A stretch of DNA of 34,261 nt from positions 1 to 34,261 of the forward strand of contig JBBEDS010000006.1 in the NCBI GenBank assembly GCA_040881175.1. The letters are read 5' to 3'. The notes under the pieces are model-generated. The model saw only the letters and a list, made by a program, of their open reading frames with translations. It made no database searches and was not told the origin of the DNA. The translations under genes and the position numbers were made by a program. This DNA comes from Minisyncoccota bacterium (GTDB taxonomy: Bacteria > Patescibacteriota > Minisyncoccia > 2-02-FULL-40-12 > IGHO2-01-FULL-4-A). Below, piece after piece: positions 7,138 through 16,664 of this stretch; the first letter of the stretch is position 1; each line of letters opens with the position of its first letter.

Positions 7138-8121
7138 ATGCTCACAGAAATCCCTGTAGTTGATCCTAATTTAGCGAGACGCTCATCTCGCGACATGACT
7201 GAATTTGTAGAAACGGTGGGAAAGGCATTCCACGACGTGGGTTTTTTGTTCGTGAGGGCACCGGATATAGCGGAGAAGCTACCGCCTGTCTACTCTCAGA
7301 TGAGAAAAGTTTTCAATCTGCCAGTAGAGATCAAGGGCAAGTATGCTCATCCTGAATTCGGACATCAACGCGGTTGGACTCCGCCGCGAACCGAGATTGC
7401 CATAGCTTGCCGTCACGCAGGTCCCAGAGGAAGCGAATTGCCGGACGAGAAAGAGAATTGGTTTGTCGGTCCTCAATTTGAGAAAGATCATCCGTTAGTC
7501 AGGAACTTCCCGTTGTCGTATCCGCCTATCGGCAATGTTTGGCCGACAGCTGAGGCACCTGATTTTCGGCCGGCGATGTGGAATTTGTATAACATGCTGA
7601 TGATCTACGGTCGGGATATTCTCGATGCCGTCGGTCAGCATTTGGGTAAGCCTGATAATTTTTTCAGGGAAATTATCAGCAATGCGCCGTCTCCAATGAG
7701 GGCAATTCATTACCCGCCGGTCTCCATGGACCAGATCGGCAAAATAGCTTGGGCATGTAAACACACCGACATCAATCTGATAACGGTTCTACCGGCTTCG
7801 ACTAAGCCCGGACTCTGGATACGCAGAAGGGATAAAGTCTGGATTCCCGGTACTGCTCCCGAGGGATGCGTGATCGTTCAGGTCGGTGATGTTCTTCAGT
7901 ACCTGACCGGCGGTGAGTTGCTGTCTGCCTGGCACGAAGTTCGTCCACCGAAAAGCCCGACGACCGAAGGACGGTTTTCCGCAGCTCTTTTTATCCATGC
8001 TCGGCCAGATGTCATGCTCGAACCGGACGTTGAAGGATATCCTCCCATGCTGGACTATGACTTTTTCACTAAGCGAATGGTGGATATCGGACTATTTGAT
8101 CCGAAAATGCTCCAGAATTGA
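7138..8121 (+). CDS. 2-oxoglutarate/Fe(II)-dependent oxygenase (isopenicillin N synthase-like family)
   Basis: N-terminal IPVVD...AFHDVGFLFV (DIOX_N-like). HxD triad HTD (KHTDINLITVLP), distal His in AWHEV, and RxS (RFSAALF). Strong SD. Confidence 0.8.
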   Translation: MLTEIPVVDPNLARRSSRDMTEFVETVGKAFHDVGFLFVRAPDIAEKLPPVYSQMRKVFNLPVEIKGKYAHPEFGHQRGWTPPRTEIAIACRHAGPRGSELPDEKENWFVGPQFEKDHPLVRNFPLSYPPIGNVWPTAEAPDFRPAMWNLYNMLMIYGRDILDAVGQHLGKPDNFFREIISNAPSPMRAIHYPPVSMDQIGKIAWACKHTDINLITVLPASTKPGLWIRRRDKVWIPGTAPEGCVIVQVGDVLQYLTGGELLSAWHEVRPPKSPTTEGRFSAALFIHARPDVMLEPDVEGYPPMLDYDFFTKRMVDIGLFDPKMLQN

Positions 8122-8122
8122 T

Positions 8123-8146
8123 ATCGGCAGAAATGCCGATTTTTTC
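8123..8146 (+). terminator. Rho-independent terminator
   Basis: ATCGGCA-GAAA-TGCCGAT (8123-8140) followed by TTTTT. Confidence 0.75.
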
Positions 8147-8202
8147 TTTTTAAGTCGATAATGGACGAAAAACCATTTTTATACTAGGATAAACTCATAT
8201 AT

Positions 8203-9591
8203 ATGCGTACTAACATTGCTGAGACGAAAAATATGGCGGAGGGTACTGTCGACCTTTTCGGCTGGGTTAACGGCCGCCGCGACCATGGCAAAATCATTTT
8301 TATAGACCTGAGAGATAGGTCGGGTTTGGTCCAGGTTGTATTTACTCCTAAGCAAGAGGATATGTACAAGCTGGCCGAAACATTCCGCTCGGAATGGGTT
8401 CTGCATATTACCGGTAAGGTTGCGAAAAGGCCGGAGGCGATGATGAATAAAGAGATAGAAACCGGAGGAATAGAGATTCAGCCGGAGACCGTTGAGGTTT
8501 TGTCTGAATCAAATACTCCGCCGTTTGATTTAGATACCGACGGTATGGATATTGGCGAGGAGCACAGGATGAAATACAGGTACTTAGATCTGCGACGTGA
8601 GAGAATGCGTGATAATTTAATGTTGCGCCACAAGATAGTTAAGTTCATACGGGACTTTTTGGATGAAAAAGAGTTTTGGGAAGTGGAAACCCCGATTCTT
8701 ACAAAATCCACACCCGAAGGTGCTCGAGATTACGTCGTACCTTCGCGTCTTTACCCGGGTAAATTCTTCGCTTTGCCCCAGTCGCCGCAGCAATACAAGC
8801 AGCTTTTAATGACTGGTGGTGTTGAGAAATATTTCCAAATAGCCAGGTGTTTCAGGGACGAGGACACTAGAGGTGATAGACAGCCTGAATTTACTCAGAT
8901 GGATTTGGAGATGAGTTTTGTAAACCGCGAAGATGTTATGGCGCTGAACGAGGCCTTATTGATTGAGATAGTGCAGGAGCTGATGCCGGAAAAAAAGATA
9001 CAGGAAATGCCCTTCCCGAGGCTGACGCACAAAGAGGCAATGGAGAAATATGGGACTGATAGGCCTGACTTGCGAAAAGATAAGGATGATCCAAATCTTT
9101 TGGCTTTTGCCTGGATCGTTGATTTTCCATTTTTTGAGAAAGACAAAGAAGGGGGTTGGACTTTTACCCATAATCCATTCTCTGCTCCGCAGCCGGAACA
9201 TTACGAGTGGATGATGAATAAGGAAAAGATCGGTGAGGTATTAACCACGCAATACGATGTTGTTTTGAACGGCTTTGAGATCGGCGGCGGAAGTATCAGG
9301 AATCACAAGCCAGAAGCTCTTAAGAGAGTCTTGGAGATAATTGGAATAAATGAAGAAACAATACAGAGCAACTTCGGGCATATGCTTGAAGCGTTCTCTT
9401 ACGGCGCCCCGCCGCATGGCGGAATCGCTTGGGGCTTAGACAGGTTAGTTGCTATTTTGGCTAACGAGCCGAACATCAGAGAGGTTATAGCTTTTCCAAA
9501 GACAGGGGATGCTCGAGACCTAATGATGGACAGTCCTTCGGAGCTCGAGAAAAAGCAGCTCGATGAGCTGCATCTCAAGATAGGTAAATAA
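8203..9591 (+). CDS. aspS: Aspartate--tRNA ligase, bacterial type but lacking the GAD insertion domain
   Basis: OB-fold N-terminus GWVNGRRDHGKIIFIDLRDRSGLVQVVF. Class II motifs FRDED, QPEFTQMDLEMSF, GGGSIR and GLDRLV...IAFPKT. It is only 462 aa. Only about 12 residues separate DRPDLR from WIVDFP. Confidence 0.92.
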   Translation: MRTNIAETKNMAEGTVDLFGWVNGRRDHGKIIFIDLRDRSGLVQVVFTPKQEDMYKLAETFRSEWVLHITGKVAKRPEAMMNKEIETGGIEIQPETVEVLSESNTPPFDLDTDGMDIGEEHRMKYRYLDLRRERMRDNLMLRHKIVKFIRDFLDEKEFWEVETPILTKSTPEGARDYVVPSRLYPGKFFALPQSPQQYKQLLMTGGVEKYFQIARCFRDEDTRGDRQPEFTQMDLEMSFVNREDVMALNEALLIEIVQELMPEKKIQEMPFPRLTHKEAMEKYGTDRPDLRKDKDDPNLLAFAWIVDFPFFEKDKEGGWTFTHNPFSAPQPEHYEWMMNKEKIGEVLTTQYDVVLNGFEIGGGSIRNHKPEALKRVLEIIGINEETIQSNFGHMLEAFSYGAPPHGGIAWGLDRLVAILANEPNIREVIAFPKTGDARDLMMDSPSELEKKQLDELHLKIGK

Positions 9592-9606
9592 TATTTATGG
9601 GTATCG

Positions 9607-10569
9607 ATGCGTTTAAAGACACTACTGATAACAATTATACTGGGAGCAATCGCTGGAACAGCTGTTTTTTTTCTTTTTGTTAAAACAGACACCGAGTCTG
9701 CCTCAAATATATTCCCGGGAGAGTTAGCGATACCGGTAAGCACTCCGATCCCGCAGGCCTTCATACTGCCAATCTCTGAGACTAACTACCTACCCATCAG
9801 GAATTTTAACATAATTGAGCCAGCGGTGAATGCCAAAGCCGCAGCCCTTTTTGATGTTAACTCCGGCCGTTTTCTTTACTCAAAGAATGTGAAGCAGCAG
9901 CTGCCGATAGCTTCTCTCACCAAACTGATGAGCGCTATCGTAATACTGGAGAATCTGGACCTGAATGATATATATACAGTGTCCGTTGAAAATCTAAACG
10001 TTGATGGACAAGGAGCTCAGCTTTACAAAGATGAGCAACTGAGAGGAATTGATCTGCTGAAGATAATGCTTATTAAATCTTCAAATGATGCTGCGCTGGT
10101 CTTTGCTTCGGAGGCAAGAAATAAGGGTATAGACTTTGTAGCTGAGATGAATGCGAAAGCGCTGGAGCTAGGTATGACCAGTACTAGATTCAGCGACCCG
10201 GCCGGACTTGATGATAACGGGGCCTTTTCAACGGCTTTTGATCTGGTAAAATTAATCCATCACGCTTCGGGGCATGATTTGATAGCAGAGATACTGACGA
10301 CCAAGACTGCTACGGTTGCTTCGGTTGATGGTAAAATTAGCCATTATCTAACCAATACTAATGTTCTATTGGGACAAATACCCGGTATAATTATCGGGAA
10401 AACGGGTTATACCGACGGAGCTTCGGGCACTATGGCGTTGGAGGTTGGTATCAACGGAGGACGAGACCGGTTGATAAGCGTAGTTCTTGGTTCCGACGAT
10501 GCATCTGCAAGGTTTGTAGAAACGGTAAAAATAATTGAATGGGCTAAATCAGCCTATCGCTGGCGGTAA
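9607..10569 (+). CDS. D-alanyl-D-alanine carboxypeptidase (serine peptidase S11, PBP5/DacB-like)
   Basis: N-terminal TM anchor. SxxK (ASLTK), SxN (SSND) and KTG (GKTGYT) motifs are in the correct order. Confidence 0.85.
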   Translation: MRLKTLLITIILGAIAGTAVFFLFVKTDTESASNIFPGELAIPVSTPIPQAFILPISETNYLPIRNFNIIEPAVNAKAAALFDVNSGRFLYSKNVKQQLPIASLTKLMSAIVILENLDLNDIYTVSVENLNVDGQGAQLYKDEQLRGIDLLKIMLIKSSNDAALVFASEARNKGIDFVAEMNAKALELGMTSTRFSDPAGLDDNGAFSTAFDLVKLIHHASGHDLIAEILTTKTATVASVDGKISHYLTNTNVLLGQIPGIIIGKTGYTDGASGTMALEVGINGGRDRLISVVLGSDDASARFVETVKIIEWAKSAYRWR

Positions 10570-10578
10570 TAAATAAAC

Positions 10579-11643
10579 ATGCAAGAAATTTTCACAGTAT
10601 TCAATGTAGTCAGAATATTCGTAGTTTCCACTCTTGGTTTTTTTGTCACTCTTTTACTGACACCGCTTTGGATGAAGGTTTTGTATAAATACAAGCTTGG
10701 CAAACAGTTAAGAACCGAGGGCGCACCAATTTTTAATAAAATGCATAAAGAGAAGGAAGGAACTCCGACAATGGGCGGAGTTTTGATTTGGGGTACGGTT
10801 ACCGTGATTACTCTTCTTTTCTGGTACTTGCATCAAAGCATTGATGGATTCTGGTCCCGGGTGAATTTCTTTTCTCGCGGACAGACTTGGCTGCCGTTGG
10901 GAGCTTTAATTATTGCCGGCGTAGTTGGATTAGCTGATGATCTCCTGGGTGTATTTCGAATTGGCCCGAAAGGCGGCGGATTGAAAATGCGTCATCGCTT
11001 GCTTCTCTACACTCTTGTAGCGGCTGGCGGCGCCTGGTGGTTTTACTATAAGCTTGGCTTCGATGCTATTAATGTACCTTTCCTAGGAGATTTCGCCGTA
11101 GGTCTGTGGTATATCCCATTCTTCATCTTGGTTATAGTAGCGACGTCTTTCTCGGCCAATGAGACGGATGGCCTAGATGGTTTAGCCGGAGGAGTATTTT
11201 TGACAATGTTTGCCGCTTACGGAGCAATCGCTTTTGATCAGGGCAGGATGGATTTGGTGGTATTCATAGCTGCCATTATCGGTTCGCTGGTAGCGTTCTT
11301 GTGGTTCAATATTTTCCCGGCAAAATTCTTCATGGGTGATACCGGTTCGATGTCTCTTGGTGTCATCTTGGGTATAATTGCAATGCTGACCAATACTCCT
11401 TTGCTGCTCATTCCTATCGGAGTAATTTTCGTGATTGAATCACTCTCAGTAATTATTCAGATAGCCTCGAAAAAACTGCGGGGCAAAAAGGTATTCATCT
11501 CTTCGCCCGTTCATCATCATTTTGAGGCTAAGGGCTGGCCTGAAACCAAGGTAACGATGAGGTTCTGGATGATATCTGCCATCGGTGCCATTATTGGTTT
11601 GATAATCTTCTTGGTAGATTCTAAAATCCCACCGCTCTTTTAG
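10579..11643 (+). CDS. mraY: Phospho-N-acetylmuramoyl-pentapeptide-transferase
   Basis: Motifs KEGTPTMGG, GLADDLLG, NETDGLDGLA and SSPVHHHFE. Polytopic membrane protein. Confidence 0.93.
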   Translation: MQEIFTVFNVVRIFVVSTLGFFVTLLLTPLWMKVLYKYKLGKQLRTEGAPIFNKMHKEKEGTPTMGGVLIWGTVTVITLLFWYLHQSIDGFWSRVNFFSRGQTWLPLGALIIAGVVGLADDLLGVFRIGPKGGGLKMRHRLLLYTLVAAGGAWWFYYKLGFDAINVPFLGDFAVGLWYIPFFILVIVATSFSANETDGLDGLAGGVFLTMFAAYGAIAFDQGRMDLVVFIAAIIGSLVAFLWFNIFPAKFFMGDTGSMSLGVILGIIAMLTNTPLLLIPIGVIFVIESLSVIIQIASKKLRGKKVFISSPVHHHFEAKGWPETKVTMRFWMISAIGAIIGLIIFLVDSKIPPLF

Positions 11644-11658
11644 CAGGATTTTGTTCTT

Positions 11659-12747
11659 ATGACCAAATCAGCTAAAATACTCACTGCTTTAACTTTTGTA
11701 CTTGTAGTTTTTGGTTTGACGATGCTTTCGTCCGCCGGCATAGTAGACGGTCAAAAAACATTCGGCTCTTCATATTACTATCTTGGTCATCAATTACTTT
11801 TTGGCGTCCTGCCCGGCCTAGCCTTGTTTTTCATATTTTCCAGGATTAACTATAAATTCTGGCGCAAGATATCTTTGCCTTTGCTATTGGTCACAACCGG
11901 ATTATTGGTTTTGGTTTTTGTACCTGGCGTAGGCTACGGACTCAAAGGAGCCCAGCGGTGGGTTGATATAGGATTCTTTAGATTCCAACCTTCCGAATTT
12001 TTAAAACTTGCGCTTGTTGTCTATTTGGCTGCTTGGTTCAGTCGTCATGACGGACGAATGAACAGCGGCTCATATTCCATAGCACCATTCTTCCTGGTGC
12101 TTGGTTTCGCCGGTCTGCTTCTATTACTTCAACCGGATATGGGTACTTTGGTGCTGGTTACCATAATGGCCATATCAATGTATTTTTTTGCCGGAGTTTC
12201 TATAAAAAGATTTATAGCCTTGATCTTAGTCGTTGTATTGCTACTTGGCGTATTCTCTTTTCTAGAGCCATATCGTTTCAACCGTCTCAAATCATTCATT
12301 AACCCGGCAGTCGATACGCAGGGGACCTCATATCATATAAATCAGGCTCTTTTGGGAATCGGTTCAGGCGGTGTATTCGGAGTTGGTTTCGGCCAGAGTC
12401 AGCAGAAGGTTTATAACTTTTTACCCGAACCGGTAGGGGATTCGATTTTCGCAATCATTGTGGAAGAGCTTGGTTTTGTCGGGGCGGCAATTTTGCTTGG
12501 CCTATTCCTTGCCCTAACTTTAAGTATGGTGCAGATCGCCAAGAACGTTAATATGGAATTCGGTAAGCTCCTCGTAATGGGAGCCGTGGTTTGGGTGTCC
12601 GTGCAGGCTCTTATTAACATCTCTGCTATATCCGGGATCATACCTCTTACCGGAATACCCTTACCCTTTATTAGTTTTGGAAGTTCATCCCTTGTGTCCG
12701 TTCTGGCAATGCTGGGCATAGTAGCTAACGTTGCACAGCATTCATAA
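11659..12747 (+). CDS. ftsW: SEDS-family peptidoglycan glycosyltransferase (FtsW/RodA)
   Basis: About 10 TM segments. Conserved SEDS blocks QPSEFLKLALVVYLA, LQPDMGT and DSIFAIIVEELGF. Confidence 0.85.
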   Translation: MTKSAKILTALTFVLVVFGLTMLSSAGIVDGQKTFGSSYYYLGHQLLFGVLPGLALFFIFSRINYKFWRKISLPLLLVTTGLLVLVFVPGVGYGLKGAQRWVDIGFFRFQPSEFLKLALVVYLAAWFSRHDGRMNSGSYSIAPFFLVLGFAGLLLLLQPDMGTLVLVTIMAISMYFFAGVSIKRFIALILVVVLLLGVFSFLEPYRFNRLKSFINPAVDTQGTSYHINQALLGIGSGGVFGVGFGQSQQKVYNFLPEPVGDSIFAIIVEELGFVGAAILLGLFLALTLSMVQIAKNVNMEFGKLLVMGAVVWVSVQALINISAISGIIPLTGIPLPFISFGSSSLVSVLAMLGIVANVAQHS

Positions 12748-12750
12748 CAA

Positions 12751-12772
12751 AACAGCCCTTTCGGGCTGTTTT
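12751..12772. terminator. Bidirectional terminator between ftsW (+) and rpsT (-)
   Basis: AACAGCCC-TTTC-GGGCTGTT with T-run downstream and A-run upstream. Confidence 0.75.
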
Positions 12773-12775
12773 AGT

Positions 12776-13036
12776 TTACTTTTGTACCGTTGCCTTTGTG
12801 AGTCTGGACTTCAGCCTGCTTGCCTTGTTCTTCTTGATAGTCTTGCCTTTGGCCGCTTTATCCAAAGCCTTGTATACCTTGGGTAGTAATTCCTTAGCTT
12901 TATTGAAGTCCTTATCGGTTATAGCCTTACGGAAGTCTTTGATTAAAACACGGAAGCTGTGCTTCCTTCTTTTGTTATGAACCTGCTTTCTTTTTGATTG
13001 TCTTAGGGCCTTTTGGGCCGATTTTGTTATTGGCAT
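12776..13036 (-). CDS. rpsT: 30S ribosomal protein S20
   Basis: 86 aa and highly basic. The N-terminus MPITKSAQKALRQSKRKQVHNKRRK is the typical S20 signature. Confidence 0.9.
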   Translation of the reverse strand: MPITKSAQKALRQSKRKQVHNKRRKHSFRVLIKDFRKAITDKDFNKAKELLPKVYKALDKAAKGKTIKKNKASRLKSRLTKATVQK

Positions 13037-13048
13037 ATTAGTTTTGTT

Positions 13049-13077
13049 ATTCTAATATCATTTGCCTATTTTGGCAA
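13049..13077 (-). promoter_or_regulatory. Putative rpsT promoter (very short leader)
   Basis: Read on the minus strand: -35 TTGCCA (13077-13072), 17-nt spacer, -10 TAGAAT (13054-13049). Only 12 nt lie between the hexamer and the ATG, and there is no SD. Confidence 0.4.
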
Positions 13078-13091
13078 TGGTTGGCATATAT

Positions 13092-15101
13092 TTAAGCATC
13101 CAGCTTGTTCCTTATCTTCAGCATCTGTTCTCTGAGGAACATGGCACGTTCGAACTTTAACTCTTTGACTGCCTTTTCCATTTCTCTGGTCATTCTTTCT
13201 ATCTGTACCTCAACCGGCAGTTTATCGAAGTCTTCCTTGTCTTCTGGATCGTAACTGTACCATTTGCTGATTTTAGCTTTTTGGGTGGTCTGTAGGCTAG
13301 AGCGTTTTATCTCTTTCTTAATACCCTCTGGAGTTATTCCATGCTCCGCATTGTATTCTTCTTGAACCTTGCGTCTGCGCTCGGTTTCTTTGATGGCATT
13401 AGTCATCGAACGCGTGACTTTGTCGGCGTACATTATGACATGCCCGTTTAAGTGTCTGGCTGCGCGTCCCATGGTTTGAATCAGAGTGGTCGCATTGCGC
13501 AGAAATCCTTCTTTGTCAGCATCCAGGATGGCGATGAGAGAGACCTCGGGTAAGTCTAAACCTTCACGGAGCAAGTTTACTCCGACTATGACGTCGTAGT
13601 TGCCCAGACGGAGGTCGTGGATGATCTCCAGTCTTTGCAGAGTTTTTATCTCTGAGTGTATGTAGTTTACTTTAATTTCGTTGTCGGCCAAATATTCTGA
13701 AAGGTCTTCGGCCATTCTCTTTGTCAAAGTAGTGATTAATACTCTGTGACCGTTGGCAACTCTCTTCTTAATTTCTCCCATCAGATGATCAACCTGATTT
13801 TTTGTCGGCTGGATCTCTATCGTCGGATCGAGCAATCCCGTAGGCCTGACCAGCTGCTCAATAATTCCAGTTTTGCCTGATTTCTTTAATTCATATTCCT
13901 TAGGCGTTGCTGAGAGATATACCGTTTGATTTATGCTTTTCCTGAATTCATCAAAACGAAGGGGGCGATTATCCAGGGCAGAAGGCAGACGAAAACCGTG
14001 CTCAACCAATGTGGCTTTTCTGGAGTAGTCACCGCTGTGCATTCCGTTCAGCTGGGGAATAGTCAAATGTGATTCATCAATTATTGTGAGAAAATCACCC
14101 TTGGTCTTGAAGAAGTCTATGAGGGTGTATGGCGGAGCGCCTGCTTTACGGAAATCCAAATGTCGGGAGTAGTTTTCGATCCCGTGGCAGTAGCCCGCCT
14201 CCTTTATCATCTTCATGTCATTTTCTGTTTTGTGCTGCAGCCTTTCTGCCTCAAGATATTTGCCTTCTTTCTCAAGTTTTTTGACATGCTTCTGCGCCTC
14301 AGTTTTGATGTTCTCAATGGCCAAGTCAATCTTATCGTTGCTGGCTATCCAATATTTAGCCGGGAAGATCTTAGCTTCAATAATCCTTTCATACTTCGGG
14401 TCCTGATAGAGGACTGATTCAAGATCAATATTATCGGCAACATATATTTTATCTATCTTGTTGCCATTAAGTTTAACTTTGGTTATGAGGTCGCCGGTGG
14501 ATGAGACGATTTCAAATTCAGTCGCAGTTTTGCGGAAGGTTCCTCTCTTTAATTCAACTTCCTGTCCGTATTGCAGTCTTAGTAACCCTGCGACAAGATC
14601 TTTGCTAGAAATTTTCTGACCCTCGAAAAGGTCCAGAGAGAGGTTGCTGTAATCTTCCGGCGATCCCAGGTTATATATGCAAGAAACGGAAGCGACTATG
14701 ATGACGTCATCTCTGGTCAAAAGCGCCTGGGTTGCAGCGTGCCTGAGCCGGTCGATCTCTTCGTTGATCTTGGCATCCTTTTCGATATATGTGTCGCTAT
14801 GCGGAATGTATGCCTCTGGCTGGTAGTAGTCGTAATAGCTGACAAAGTAGTGGACAGAGTTCTGCGGGAAGAATTCTTTGAATTCCTGATAGAGCTGGGC
14901 AGCCAGTGTTTTGTTATGCGAAATTACCAATGTCGGTTTTTTAACATTGGCGATGACGTTAGCCATAGTGAAGGTTTTACCCGAACCCGTTACACCGAGA
15001 AGCGTTTGGTGCTTTGAGCCATTTTTAAGACCACGAGTAAGTTTCTCGATGGCTTCCGGCTGGTGACCGGTCGGTTTAAATTTTGAGTCAAGCTTGAACA
15101 T
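13092..15101 (-). CDS. uvrB: Excinuclease ABC subunit B
   Basis: Walker A GVTGSGKT, YYDYYQPEAY, the beta-hairpin region, helicase motifs, and the C-terminal UVR domain (FERAMFLREQM). Confidence 0.95.
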   Translation of the reverse strand: MFKLDSKFKPTGHQPEAIEKLTRGLKNGSKHQTLLGVTGSGKTFTMANVIANVKKPTLVISHNKTLAAQLYQEFKEFFPQNSVHYFVSYYDYYQPEAYIPHSDTYIEKDAKINEEIDRLRHAATQALLTRDDVIIVASVSCIYNLGSPEDYSNLSLDLFEGQKISSKDLVAGLLRLQYGQEVELKRGTFRKTATEFEIVSSTGDLITKVKLNGNKIDKIYVADNIDLESVLYQDPKYERIIEAKIFPAKYWIASNDKIDLAIENIKTEAQKHVKKLEKEGKYLEAERLQHKTENDMKMIKEAGYCHGIENYSRHLDFRKAGAPPYTLIDFFKTKGDFLTIIDESHLTIPQLNGMHSGDYSRKATLVEHGFRLPSALDNRPLRFDEFRKSINQTVYLSATPKEYELKKSGKTGIIEQLVRPTGLLDPTIEIQPTKNQVDHLMGEIKKRVANGHRVLITTLTKRMAEDLSEYLADNEIKVNYIHSEIKTLQRLEIIHDLRLGNYDVIVGVNLLREGLDLPEVSLIAILDADKEGFLRNATTLIQTMGRAARHLNGHVIMYADKVTRSMTNAIKETERRRKVQEEYNAEHGITPEGIKKEIKRSSLQTTQKAKISKWYSYDPEDKEDFDKLPVEVQIERMTREMEKAVKELKFERAMFLREQMLKIRNKLDA

Positions 15102-15107
15102 TTTTGT

Positions 15108-15136
15108 TTGTAAATACCGGGTGTTTAGAATATATT
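15108..15136 (+). promoter_or_regulatory. Putative ruvA promoter (leaderless-type spacing)
   Basis: -35 TTGTAA (15108-15113), 17-nt spacer, -10 TATATT (15131-15136), 8 nt to ATG 15145. An alternative TAGAAT lies at 15126-15131. No SD. Confidence 0.35.
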
Positions 15137-15144
15137 AGATATAT

Positions 15145-15729
15145 ATGATCGGATACATTGCAGGAACCGTGCAGGCCGCCTCAGATAAGTACATTATTGT
15201 TGATGTAAGAGGGGTCGGCTACAGGGTGACCATACCTGAAAAAATAAGGAATAGTATAGCTAAAATTGGCGAAGAAGTCAAGCTATTTACCCACTATTCT
15301 TTGAGTCCCAGGGATGGCGCCGTAGAGCTCTACGGCTTTACCACGCCTGAGGAGCTTAATTTTTTCGAACTGTTAACGACGGTCTCCGGCATAGGTCCGA
15401 AATCGGCCCAGAGTATTCTGGCCTCGGCTGATCTCCAGTCGCTCCAGATAGGAATAATACGCGGAGACGCCAAGTATTTGAGGAAAGTTTCTGGAATTGG
15501 AGAGAAGACCGCCCAAAGATTAGTACTTGAGTTAAAAACAAAAGTGATGACTGCAGATCTTGGAGCGTCGGAAGGCGTCAGTACGGATTCAGAGGCTATC
15601 GATGCTCTTGTCGCACTGGGATACTCGGAGTACCAGGCCAGAGATGTTTTAAAGCAGATGGGGAATAGCGCGTCAACTACGGAAGACAAGATTAAAAACG
15701 CTCTCAAATTATTGGGAGGACATAAGTAA
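15145..15729 (+). CDS. ruvA: Holliday junction branch migration complex subunit RuvA
   Basis: MIGYIAGTV...VDVRGVGYRV OB-fold start. Two HhH motifs (VSGIGPKSA, VSGIGEKTAQR). C-terminal domain III (ALGYSEYQA). Confidence 0.9.
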   Translation: MIGYIAGTVQAASDKYIIVDVRGVGYRVTIPEKIRNSIAKIGEEVKLFTHYSLSPRDGAVELYGFTTPEELNFFELLTTVSGIGPKSAQSILASADLQSLQIGIIRGDAKYLRKVSGIGEKTAQRLVLELKTKVMTADLGASEGVSTDSEAIDALVALGYSEYQARDVLKQMGNSASTTEDKIKNALKLLGGHK

Positions 15730-15743
15730 GAGCTCATTTCACA

Positions 15744-16664
15744 ATGTCGGATTCTTTTTTACAATCTAAAGAATGGATGGACTTTCAGCGCTCGCTTGGA
15801 CGGGTTGTTCTTGAATACGACAAAGAGGGAATTTCGGCTAAGATCATCAAACGCGATATCTCTCTTGGTAAAAACTACCTTTATATACCCCACGGACCGT
15901 CGATGGATTTCAACAAAATGACTGGTGGCTTCAGGGATCCCGTCAAGAATTTTATTAAATATTTGAAAGAGCTGGCGCACAGGCATAAGTCTGTATTTAT
16001 TCGAGTAGAACCTTTGGCAGATAACGTGGCGCAGCTTTTGGCTGAGGCCGGGTTCAAGAGATCAAAGAAAGAGATACAGCCTGGCAAGACGGTGATAATT
16101 GATCTTGAAGGCGAAGAGCTGGATATGCTCGGGCGCATGCATCACAAGACGAGATACAATATTAAGGTCGCGGAGAAGCACGAGATAAAAGTAAAAGAGA
16201 GCAGGGACCTGAATTCATTTTTGGAATTGCTGAAACAAACTACGGAGAGAGATAATTTTTCTTCTCACTCCCCAAGCTATTACCAGGACCTAGTCGGTTT
16301 TTTCAGCGGACAGGAAGATTTTAAAGTTAGATTGTTCTTGGCCAGTGAAGATGATAAAGATATCGCCGGGGCCATTGTATTAGTCTATGGCGAGACCGGA
16401 TACTATCTCCACGGCGCATCTGACTACAAATTCAGATCGATGATGGCACCACATATGCTCCACTGGCAGATCATAAGAAAATTGAGAGAAGAAGGCGTAA
16501 AGTACTATGACCTCTGGGGTATAGATGCAAGTAGATGGCCTGGTGTCACTCGCTTTAAGCTGGGCTGGGGTGGGCGTACAGTTGAGCATCCCGGATCTTT
16601 TGATATGAAGGTGTCTTTCTTCTGGTATCTGATGTACGGAATTGTAACTAAGATTAGAAAGTAG
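15744..16664 (+). CDS. FemAB-family peptidoglycan interpeptide-bridge aminoacyltransferase (FemX/MurM-like)
   Basis: SFLQSKEWMDFQRSLGR start, and HGASDYKFRSMMAPHMLHWQIIRKLREEGVKYYDLWGI. Both are characteristic of FemAB/lipid II aminoacyltransferases. Confidence 0.75.
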   Translation: MSDSFLQSKEWMDFQRSLGRVVLEYDKEGISAKIIKRDISLGKNYLYIPHGPSMDFNKMTGGFRDPVKNFIKYLKELAHRHKSVFIRVEPLADNVAQLLAEAGFKRSKKEIQPGKTVIIDLEGEELDMLGRMHHKTRYNIKVAEKHEIKVKESRDLNSFLELLKQTTERDNFSSHSPSYYQDLVGFFSGQEDFKVRLFLASEDDKDIAGAIVLVYGETGYYLHGASDYKFRSMMAPHMLHWQIIRKLREEGVKYYDLWGIDASRWPGVTRFKLGWGGRTVEHPGSFDMKVSFFWYLMYGIVTKIRK

